The notes under the pieces are model-generated. The model was given only the letters and a program-made list of their open reading frames with translations. It was not told the DNA's origin and did no database searches. From Vitrella brassicaformis CCMP3155 (lineage: Eukaryota > Protista > Chromerida): DNA of 27,332 nucleotides. Below are positions 1 through 9,983 of this stretch, one piece after another. The DNA lies in assembly GCA_001179505.1 (NCBI GenBank), contig CDMY01000722.1, positions 1-27,332 of the forward strand. Direction: 5' to 3'. Position 1 is the first letter of the stretch. Every line of letters starts with the position of its first letter. The position numbers were made by a program, and so were the translations under genes.

Positions 1-35
1 CGCTGGCTTGCACTCAATCCATCTCTCCCACCCAG

Positions 36-117
36 TCAGTTTGATGGTGAGTATGACTTCATATATGAGTTGCATGAGATGGAGCAGTGGGTGCTTGACG
101 CTGACTTGTCAGACTAG
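36..117 (+). CDS. Possible last exon of a gene lying left of the window (…QFDGEYDFIYELHEMEQWVLDADLSD*)
   Basis: Pyrimidine-rich 'atctctcccacccag' acceptor-like sequence, then an open frame with globular-like composition ending TAG at 115-117. Upstream exons are outside the window, so this cannot be confirmed. Confidence 0.35.
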
Positions 118-241
118 CACCCACTGCTCCATGGGAAGGGCAGATAGGCCTTGTGCATGCATTCTGCATGTGCCTGTTGCCTGTTTGGTGTGTGCTGTGG
201 ACAGAGAAGATGCCTGGTTGCGCCGGAAGGTAGCGCCGGGC

Positions 242-328
242 TTAGGGACAGGTGTCTCGTCAAACCCTTAACCAACCAACCCCGTCCGTCAACGTCGGGT
301 TTAGCTAAACCCTAAGCCAAACCCTAAA
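242..328. repeat. Cluster of telomere-type (TTTAGGG/CCCTAAA-like) motifs including a perfect 16-bp palindrome GGGTTTAGCTAAACCC
   Basis: TTAGGG 242-247, AAACCCT 262-268, palindrome 297-312, TAAACCCTAA 306-315, AAACCCTAAA 319-328, all read directly from the sequence. Confidence 0.7.
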
Positions 329-535
329 TCCATCCAGCGACCGGGTTGCGAAAGCATCGTGCGCACAGGTGAGAGAATACCGCAGGAGAGTGATGATGCA
401 GTACAGAAACCATTCATGGCGCCGCTCAACTTAAGTTGCCGTTCGGCTCATGGATCTCGCGTGGATCTTGGTGTTCAGGCACGACCAACCGAGGACTGCG
501 GCAGGCAGCACTGGAGCGGTGCCGTGCCATCCATC

Positions 536-1171
536 ATGCGCAACCCGCTGGTCATTCTGGCAGCCATCCTCCTGACAGTAGCCGTGCTGCCTGGCATGTG
601 CACCTCATCAAGTGGGACAACTCAGTGCCGGGGAGAGTCAAGGAGCGATGGTCACTGCGGCAGCTTCGACTTCACGCACAGGTGGGTGCTGACGGACGGA
701 CTTACAGATGGAAAGTGGTATGCAATCAGGGTCACAACATCATGCTTGTGTGTGTGTGTGTGTGTGTGTATGTGTGCTTTGGTTGTTTAGCGTGTGTGCG
801 CACATCAAGAACACCGACTTCTTCGCCATGACGGGCCAGTACGACTGGAGTGACGAGATAAAGGAGCCGGGCTACTGGTGGGTGGGGGCCTGCCTCTTGC
901 AGCTTAGTCAGTCGACCTCACGATTGTACCTACCGTTCGGTCTGTGTGTTTGGTGTGTCTGTGCAGGTGCATCTGCATCCACAAGTGTGCGCAGTACGTG
1001 GACGTCACGGGCTCCCTCGAACTGTCCATTGACTGCGAGGCGACCGACTGGTGCAACGTGTGCACCAACCAGGATGGCGGGCAGGACACCTCTGAGTGCA
1101 CCAATCATCTGCTGGCCAAGTGCGGCAAGTCCCGCTGCCGGGATCCCTGTGCGGCAGCTGCACTCTCCTGA
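536..1171 (+). CDS. Secreted cysteine-rich protein, DUF2237-like (145 aa, 3 exons)
   Basis: Exons 536-681, 791-877, 967-1171 with GT-AG introns and consistent phases (438 nt). Signal peptide MRNPLVILAAILLTVAVLPG; 14 Cys. The motif order DGHC..D.THSVCA…F…G…PGYWCIC…IDCEAT resembles my recollection of the DUF2237 consensus (DGxC…HxVCA…F…PGxxWCxC…LEAT). Family assignment is from memory. Confidence 0.7.
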
Positions 1172-1936
1172 CGGACTTACTTACTGAGTGGGTGGGAGGG
1201 CGGGGAGGGCGGGCCCGCCATGGCCGTGTGTGTCTGCAGAGGGCTGGCTCGCTTGTATGCTGGTGTTTATCGTTGGTGCCTGGGGTACCGGGGTGATGGA
1301 CGGAACTTGTGAATGGATGGATGGATGTCAATGGATGGGCGGGTGACGGTTGGGAGAGGAGGGAGGGAAAGGTTCGGGGGGAATGTATGCGTCCTTCTGG
1401 CATCTTGACTGACGGGTGGGCAAGTGGGTGTTTTTGTCCGCCGTCTTCTCCATCCTATCCCTCTCTCTGTGTGTGTGCTGGTGCTAGAGTGGGTGCGTCT
1501 GTCAAATTTGAGTCGCGTGATGTGATAGATAAGGTGAGAATCGAGAGATGCTCGCGGTCGCCTGTATCGTGTCGTATTGGCCTGCTGCTGATGGATGGCT
1601 TTGTGTCGATTGAGCAGCGTGTCCGTGCGTCTGTCTCGTCCTGCATGTCTTTCCTCCCTCTCTTCTTGTCTCCCCATCCCTCCCTCCCTCCCTCCATGTC
1701 TGTCTGTCTGTCTATCATGGACAGAAAGATTGCCTTCGAGCCCTGGACACATCGGCGCCGGGTAGCAACGGTACCGTAAAGGTACCGTAGTTCCGTATGG
1801 TCTAAGCAGAGCACAAGACAGGTTGTATAGCGCAGCCTCATCGGTTACCGGGGTAGAGCAAAGTCGAAAGTCGTGAAACTGAGGAGGAAGGTCTAGCGGC
1901 CGATCTGTGATGGCGTGAGCAGGCGTCTTCCCTCTC

Positions 1937-4900
1937 ATGGAGAGTACCAAGCGTGGCCGAGGTGCCTCCTTCACCGACCCGTCGACGACCGATCTCCCTC
2001 ACCGAGCTTCACGCCGGAGGATGCCGCGCGGCGACGAGGGCGAGCGGGCAGCCAGAGGCACCGCCTCCCTTGCCTGTGGCGGCTGTGGCGGCACTCCCAG
2101 CACCAGCAGCGCAACCCCGGTGGAAGGCCATCACCCGCCAAGCGTGGGCGGCAGCAGTGGCGTCGACGACTCGCCAATGAGGAATATCGTGGAGGAGGTG
2201 GCCATGCTGCACCTGTCGCCCGTCAGGGAGGGGTTAGCGGACGACGGGCGGTGGGCGGATCAGCCACAGCCACCACCACCACCCGCAGGGGCGTCTGCGG
2301 CGGGTCCGAGTGAGAAAGCGAGGCCGTGCGCCTCCGCATCCTCGGCTCCGTGCAGGGGGTGGCAGTGCCCTCCCTCTTCATCGGCGTCTTCGTCTGCACC
2401 GGGGTGGTCGAGCGGTGCTGTTGGGCGACATGGCGAGAACGAGGAGGGGCAGCTGCCTTTCGAGATCTTGTTCCTCGTGTGCTTCTTCCTAGACGGCAAG
2501 GTCGGTGGGGTGGCACATTGGGGGGGAACACCCACCGTGGTTGGTGTTGGTATGTGTGTGTTGATGTGATGTGCCTGTGTCTGTGGTGTCCCGCTGGCTG
2601 TGCGGCCAGGGTCTGGCGTGTTTCGGTACGGTGAGTTCTTTGTGGCAGTCGGTGTCGGGTGTGCATCCGTCGTGGCAGGAGCTGGTGCTCAAGGACTTCG
2701 GCTTCAAGTACGAGAACCTCGTCATGTACACCGGACAAAACGACTGGCGACTCCTCTACGCACGGTACGTACGGTGGGGTGGGCTACCTAACCCACACAC
2801 GCACCCATAGCATAGCATACACACAGACAGACACCGACCCACCGCACCCACCATGAACAGAACAGGCCTCCCCTTCTTCGCTTTGTTGTTTTTGTTTTGT
2901 CTTTCAGTGTAGCTGGATTCATAGCCAACCTGCGCAACGGCACCCCCGTCAAGACGGTGTGGCCCCAGCTGCTGGAGCCCCTCACGGGCGTCGACTACGA
3001 GGGCGCCGTCGCCATGAGCGCAGACACATCGCTGCTCCTATGGGAAAACGGTACGCACACGCAAATCCATCACATAAATCCGCAAACAACGCATTCTTGA
3101 TGAAGGAAGGCGTCTCTGCTGCTGCTGCTCGGGTGTGTGTGTGTGTGTGTGTGTGCAGGTCGTGTGCTGCAGGTGGTAGACATGGAGGAGGGCCGTACGC
3201 TGTTCACCAAGGAGATCGACCCCGAGCAGTACCCGCGCAACCGCGAGACCCGGCCCTGCATCGTCAACACCAAAACACGGGTCAGACAGTGAGTCAGTCA
3301 GACAGACAGCGAGGGAGAGAGGGGAAGAGAGACCATAGAGACCATCCGACCGGTGAGCACGGAAGAATTGTGTGGGTGCGTTGGTTCCTTCAGGCGTTTG
3401 TGCATCTGAATGGCGACATTCTGGTGTACGACTTGCGGACCGGTGAGTTCGTGCGGAAGCTGGAGATCCCCGACGGCACGCAGCTCGAGAGCAACGACTT
3501 CGCACTCGACATATCCATTAGAAACGACCAGGTGCGGGGCGGGGCGGGGCGCTCGTGCGTGGGGGCACGTCACGCACAGAGAGAATGTTTATTCATTTCC
3601 TGTGTGTCGCCATGTCGCCAATTGAATTGGCGTGCGTCAGGTTGCGTTTTTGGCGATTGATGCGCTGTACATGTGGAATTCCGAGACGCTCGAGTTCCTC
3701 TACAAGATCAGACACGGCGAGAAAGTCAACGGACCCAACCACTTCACACAAAACGTACACAACACACACGACAGACACACCCACCCTTCCATCCATCCAC
3801 CCACCTAGCCACAATTCAATGCCTCTCGCCCTGTGCGTGCGTGTGTGTGTGCCGGTTGCCATCCATCATGACATCAGATGTCAGAGGAGTTGGATTTCCT
3901 GTGGGCGGGATACCAGTGGGTGGATGACGACAGCCTTGCCGGCGCCGCGGCGTTCGAGGACCCCGAGGTGCGGCAGCCCCAGCGGCTGTGCCGCAAGAGC
4001 GCCAACGTCGTCACGTGGCTCAAGCGGGCCGGCTACGAGATCTGCATCTTCGACATCGCCAGTGGGCGGCTCCTGCAGAACCTCAAGGGTGGGTGGGAGC
4101 GGAGGGAGGACGGGGGAGCGGCATGTCATGTGGTGCGGTGGGTGCATGGGATGGGTGTGTCGGTGGATGGAATGGACCTGATCAGGTCACACGCATGAGG
4201 TGGTTCGGGTGCGTCAGACTCCAAACCCATACGACTCCAATGAGTACTTCCTCGCGTCTCTGGTATGGATGGCCACTCACAGACAGACAGACAGACGGGG
4301 AGGCCAAGACGTGTGTCTCATCTGTTGTGTGTGTGCCTTGCCTGATGTGATGTGGCTGTGTGTCTGGTCTGCTGTCTGTGTGCAGGACACGTTGGGTACG
4401 GTATGTGTGTGGGACAGCAGCGGCGAGACCTTCCCGTGTGTGTACGTCCTCAAGACCAACAACTCCCTCTCCTTCCGCCTCTGCCTCACGCCCTCACACC
4501 TCATCACACTCTCAGAGAACACACATGGGGACGCCGCACCAGAACAAGTCGAACTCAAGATCTGGAAGTAAGCACACAAACCCAACAACACACACACACA
4601 CACACACGCGGATGCCCTCAATCCACATCACATCGGTGTTTGCTCGTTGTTTGTCACACTTTACAGGTTTGACCCTCCCCGTCCGAAGCGACGTCTGCAG
4701 CGTTTCCGCAAAGGCGGCCCGTCCCTCCCCCCCGTCACACCTCGGCGCGCCCCCCTGTCGAGCAAGGCCCTCGCCGACATGCCACTGGAGGACCCGCCAT
4801 GCTCACGCTACGCCCCGCCATCCAACGTCGTGTCGAGCGCCTCCCGGCAGTTTTTCGCTAACCCCCTGTCGGCCATGGAGGCAGCAACCATCGCCCGGGA

Positions 4901-7053
4901 GGACCGCAGGAAGGGGCACAAGGCGACCACCAAGGACGGGCGGGGTTCGGGTGCGGCGAGCAGCTTCATCGAGAAGGTCAAGGCGGGGCTGAGGAAGGTG
5001 GATCGCCCGGTGACTCGGGAGGGGGGCATGGTGGGGGGTGGGGGGCCGACTGTGGCGGGGTCGACGGCCACGCGTGTGGTGAGCCGGCAGCCGTCGATAT
5101 CCATGACGCGCACGTGCACGGCAATGTCTGACGACAACGAGTCAGACAGCGCCCCCATGACGCCGAGGTTTGGCGAAGAGGGCGATGGCGATGGAGATGG
5201 AGACGACCACATGGAGGACGATGCCCATCCACCACCAAGGGCCATGTCGAGCCGCTCGTCCACGCGCGACGAGGAGCTGCCGCCACTGCACGGTGAGCGA
5301 GAACGAGGGAAAGAAAACCATTCACTCTCGCTCATGTGCTCTCCTTGCGTTGGTCCGTGTCGCTTGCAGTGTCTCTGCCCCCCATGCCACCAGGCGGTGG
5401 GTGTGTGTTCCCGGGCGGTTCGCCATCCGACGAGTCGAGCCCTTCGTCCGTCGCCCGCTTCCCGCAGCACCGCGGCCCCCCTCGCCGCGTGTGGCAGAAG
5501 CGGCAAAGGAAGCAGCCCGACAGTCTCCCGAAGAAGGACGTCAAGGATGCCAGCGGCTCCGGCTCGTCTGGGAAGGCCACTCGTCCGGTGCTGTACGACT
5601 TGCGGACGACTGAGCTGCGCAACGACGTGTATTTCGCGGATGTGATCGACAACCAAATTTTGGGGGTGTGGTACTCGACGTCGAGGCCGGGGTCTGCCGA
5701 GCCGTGGAGTCTCTCCCACTCTGACTGGGAGGTCTACACCGTCCTCTCGGTGAGTGAGGGAGCTGAGCACGCCACAGATGGCGAGCGACGTACCCATATA
5801 CGTGGTGTCTCTCTGTGTGTATCTCTGTGTCTGCGTGTCTTTTGTCAGGATGCGGATGTGGCAGCGATGGATCGCGAACACGAGCAGATGCGCAGGAACC
5901 TCGAAGAGGCCTTCGTGCTCTCGGAGCGATACCCGCCCCAGACGCCCCCACGGCCTTTCCGCCGCAGCACGCCCTCCTCCCTCGTCAGGACGCACACCCA
6001 CCGCTTCTTCAACCCCGCACTGCTCACGCCCCCAGATCATGGGCTCGCGCGCCACCGCGGCCCGTTTCGCGGCGCCAATCGGGTGTCCCCGCCCATGCCG
6101 CCAGTCCTACAGTACTTCCAGAGCTACTATGGGTCGCGAGTGAGCCCACACACGCGTGCTGCCCCACCGCAGCGGCACCGTCTGGCCCCCCAGCCATCGT
6201 CGGGGGGCGTCTTCTCGCCATCGATTGGGCGGAGGGATGCCCATGCCTTCCTGGCGCTGCAGCGGAGTATGACCACACCCCCTTCGCAGTTCCCCAGCGT
6301 CATGAGCATGTCGCCCTCCGCGAGCGTGACGAGCAGCCAGGGCGGGCCGCCGCTCCCGTTTCCCCCGGAGCTGCCGCAGCCCCCCGTCGCCCCTCCCTAT
6401 TCACCGGTGCCGCCACGCCACTCACACCGGCCGGTGCCCCTCCCCTCTTCTCTCATCGGCATCCCCCGCCCCATCCCCCCTCCCCCGTCGCTGGCCATCA
6501 CCCCAATGGACGGGGCGTCACCCGTCGGGTCACCACTTAGCCACGCGTGTGCGGCCGGCTCGAGCATCGCCACCACGCCTGATGCCATGCGGCCAATGGC
6601 CTCGCCGGCAATGGAGCAGAGCACCACGGCAGCTGCTGCTTCTGCTTCGGCTAGTGCTGGTGTGGGTGAGATGGGGGCTAGCAGCAGTAGCAGCAGCAGC
6701 AGCAGCAGTGTGGGAGTGGGAGTGGGTGTGGGAGTGGAAGTGGAGGTGCAGACGGATCCTGCCGAGCTGGTCTTGACGTCCCCGCTGGTGAGGCGGCGGC
6801 TCATGCAGCGGCTGCGCCATCTGCAGCAGCAGGATGACGGGGCCAACGAGCCTGTGGGGCACCTGTACCTCGACAACAGGTAGGTACACCTGACTGACAC
6901 CGAAAAGGATATGTATCGGTTCGTGTCGATGTGTCTCTGCGCATGTGATGTAGGCGTGCGTTTGAGATGCGCAACCGTGCGGACACCTGGAGCCTCCTCG
7001 ACTGGAAGTCCGTGTCCATCGAAGATGACGGGTGCGCCACGGAGAGAGACTAG
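1937..7053 (+). CDS. F-box protein with degenerate WD40/beta-propeller region and long low-complexity C-terminal half (1280 aa, 13 exons)
   Basis: Exons 1937-2500, 2610-2764, 2908-3050, 3159-3280, 3394-3531, 3641-3754, 3878-4088, 4186-4262, 4386-4567, 4667-5292, 5370-5749, 5849-6879, 6954-7053 total 3843 nt, all GT-AG and in phase (in-frame alternative acceptor at 5393). F-box: LPFEILFLVCFFLDGKGLACFGTVSSLWQSV…WQEL. Blade-like ends: ILVYDLRTG, LYMWNSET, ICIFDIASGRLLQNLKGHTHEV, VCVWDSSG, LKIWKF. Confidence 0.8.
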
Positions 7054-7491
7054 GGCAGCTCAGCCAACTAGCATAGCGCGACTGATTGGTCATGTGGTTG
7101 GCATGCTATGCGATGCCATGCAGTACTTTGGTCATCTACGACTTCTGCCCCATCTCTGAGGACCCATGGCGCAAGCGACAGGAGCGCTCCAAGCCCCACC
7201 AACCAGCTGCCGTGACGCAGGCTGCTCCTTCATAGGGAGCGAGACGAGACGATACCTCAGTCAGATGCCATCCCATCCACCGGTGGATCGAGGCACGCAG
7301 CACGCACTCGGAGTTTTTGTGTGGATGGCGTGGCATGGCATGGCATGGTCGGCCGAGAGGAGCTCGGCCGGCACAGAGGGGCTGGGAGAGATGGCGCCAC
7401 AGGTAGATAGGTGCATCTGCCTGCCCTGCTGGATAACAGTCAGGCTTGTCGTTCGTGACACTGAGTTTGTTCGTCCCGCGCCACAAGCAGC

Positions 7492-7516
7492 AGAGAGAGA
7501 GAGAGAGAGAGAGAGA
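7492..7516. repeat. (AG)n microsatellite
   Basis: About 12 perfect AG units in the intergenic region between two convergent genes. Confidence 0.9.
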
Positions 7517-9004
7517 AGGGGACACTCTGCACGGGTTTTTCCCCATGGCTGACGGACGGATCGGAGTGGAAGTAAACGCAGTGGTGTCTGCCTGCCTGCC
7601 TGCCCGACAGCTAGCTAGAAGTGTGCTGCCTGCCTGCTGCATCCGTGGGTGTCGTTTTGTATTGTTTCGGTCGGTTTCGTTTTACGTCCCAGTGAGAATG
7701 TGTTCGGCGCGTACAAATCCTCACGGCGACCCACCTTGTCCGTCGCAGGCACGCTGCTCCATCGGTGCACACTCACTCCGAATGGGGCAGTCTGCTTGCT
7801 CCTGATGAGGCCAGTTGGTGTGAGGGGCAGGATGTGCCGGGCACGTGCGCATTGGCTCAGCAACGGGGCTGAGGAGGGAGAGGGAAGACAACAGGCAGGG
7901 GCAGGCCGGCAGATGTGGTGGTTGTCGTGACGAGCGGTGGGACGGGGGGAAGTGACCCGATGGATGGATCAGGTAGGTATGTGTCATGCATGTGTTGGGT
8001 GGGTGCATGTGATGTGTGTCCATGCCATGTGATGTGTGCGTGTGTGTGTGATGGAACTGACGCGCCAAGCCATTTTTATGGTGATGTCATGTGAGTCTGA
8101 ATGAGTGAGTGAGTCTGGGTGAGAGAAAGGAGGGCGGCTTCCTTCAGCGAGCAGTGAGGGAATGATGGATGCCTATCTTGTCGTGCCTTGCTTGCCTTGC
8201 CTTTTCTGATCCGTCGATGGAGGAACACGGTTTTTGTTCATAGCCATGCCATGCGACCAAACGGACGTGACCACCCAACCAAGCAACGCATCCTGACCAT
8301 CGTCCCGATGACCGACATTGTGCACTTTCAATCAACAAGGGTTTGATTAACGGCTCTCTTGGTTTCGAAACCGGGTCACTCATTGCTTGACATCGAGATG
8401 AACAAATCTGCTGACTGAACGGATAAGTCCCGTGGGGGGCAGCTCACGCAGCCATCATCCATCCATCCATCCAGTGTCCATCATGGCAAAAGCAAATCCA
8501 ACCATAACAGTCCGTGTGCATCTACATTGTGTTTGTCGTGTGATGGTTCGTGCGTCAATTCATCCATCCCTCCCGCCCCGCCGGCCCATGCAGCGGCCCC
8601 CATGTCTGTCTTTGGACAGCCAATGGGGAGACAAGTGGAAGAAGAAAAGTCACCGCTGCACAGAGAGCGCAGGCTTGGGGGGACATCACTCTGTGTCTGT
8701 CTGCACAAATGACATCGGATCTCTCTCTCTCGAAAAGCATCTCAGAATTAGCGCTATCGTCCATCAGCTAGCGGGGCCGGCCAAATTGTCAAAGCGCATC
8801 GGCCATCAGTGCCCTCCTGCCATCCGCCCACTTCACTTCACATCACATCACACCACTACCCACCCACAGATAAACGACCGACCCATCTGTCTAGTCACAC
8901 ACACACACCCATGCGCACACGCAAACACACCAACAGGCACCACCCATCCCTCCCCTCCCCCCTACCCACCCTCCTCCCTCCCATACAGCTAGCTCCCTCC
9001 TGAA

Positions 9005-9556
9005 TCACCACTTGTCGCCGGTGGCCTGGTCGATGACGTACGCGGCGACGTCCTGGATGTCCTCCTCGGACAGCCTGCCGCCAAACGCCGGCATGGCGTT
9101 CTTGCCGTTGGTCACCTGGTAGATGACCTTGTCCACCGTGTTGACGCCGTACGTCTCAAGCGCCTCCTTCTTGAGCGTCTTCTCGGCCTGCACCACGTTG
9201 TTGCCGCCAGCATGACACGCCGCACAGTTGCCCGAGAAGATGATCTCGCCCAACTCAGGGTCCCCGGCCGCGAAGGCAGCCTGAGGCGCGATGGCCGACA
9301 TGAGGCCGAGGGCCATGGCTGACACGAGCGGCGCCATCTTGGCGCCCTCTTCGCAAGCTGACCGGGCCTCATCGGCATCAGTGCCGGGCAGGGCACCCAT
9401 GAGGACGGTCTGGCACTCCTCGACGAGCGGTGTCCTCTGCGGTTGTGACGCAGTCCGCTGTGCCCTCAGGATGTTGCCGCCCAGGGGGGACACGAAGGCC
9501 TCATTGGCCGAAGCAGCCACCAGTGAGAGGGTCGCGAGAACGGCGAAGAGCTTCAT
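9005..9556 (-). CDS. petJ: Cytochrome c6, nucleus-encoded, plastid thylakoid-lumen targeted (183 aa, intronless)
   Basis: CAACH heme motif (9212-9226), axial Met in [11 protein letters not shown], and Gln in IYQVTNG (typical of high-potential c6 rather than c6A/c6B). Presequence: ER signal [20 protein letters not shown]|F, transit region, then hydrophobic lumen signal ending AFA|AGD. Confidence 0.97.
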   Translation of the reverse strand: MKLFAVLATLSLVAASANEAFVSPLGGNILRAQRTASQPQRTPLVEECQTVLMGALPGTDADEARSACEEGAKMAPLVSAMALGLMSAIAPQAAFAAGDPELGEIIFSGNCAACHAGGNNVVQAEKTLKKEALETYGVNTVDKVIYQVTNGKNAMPAFGGRLSEEDIQDVAAYVIDQATGDKW

Positions 9557-9983
9557 TGCGCAGATAAGGGGAGTGGCGGGAATGAACGCAGGTGTCTGTG
9601 GGTGGGGGATTGCCGTCCAAACTCAAGTGCGGGGAGGCAGGAGAGGAATCGTGCGAATCACTGGTCGAAATTTGTAAAGTCACATTGGGCTAGAGCGCAG
9701 ACACCTCGTCAGTCCTCACGATGGGTTTCACAGGTTCGTGCAAAACCGCAGCTCAGAACCAGCCGGTGAGGTGCTGCTGATGCGTTTCCAAGACGGCTTC
9801 GGCAAGAGAAAACGACTCGGAGCTGCTCTGTGCATGAAGCTGAAGAGCTGATCCGATCCACGTGCTGATCTATCTGGGGTTCCACAGATCAGCAGCTGCT
9901 GATGCAGATGCTCTGACACAGACGGCTTGCGGAGATTGGGAAGCTCTTATCGCTGCGGGACCCGTTCGTCGTTCGAGAAAAGG
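9557..9983. promoter_or_regulatory. Putative bidirectional promoter petJ/UGGT
   Basis: 427 bp between divergent start codons (9556 minus, 9984 plus). Position only; no TSS data. Confidence 0.5.

Noticed and set aside
359-790. 143-aa ORF starting at 359 and ending in CVCVCV
   Set aside because: The upstream part precedes the signal-peptide ATG (536) and the tail is read-through of a (GT)n intron.
6009-6040. LLTPP resembling a Cdc4/Fbw7 phosphodegron inside the F-box protein
   Set aside because: The +4 position is His rather than Ser/Thr/Glu, and such motifs are common in Pro-rich disordered regions.
4808-6055. 415-aa minus-strand ORF, and other long antisense ORFs (12486-13478, 20275-21201, 23992-24957, 24854-26011)
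   Set aside because: They lie antisense to well-supported spliced genes. Long shadow ORFs are expected in GC-rich coding DNA, and they have no recognisable motifs.
8355-8380. GGTTTCGAAACC resembling a tRNA T-arm or Pol III B-box
   Set aside because: It has an extra T relative to GGTTCGAANCC, and I could not find a D-arm, anticodon arm or acceptor stem around it.
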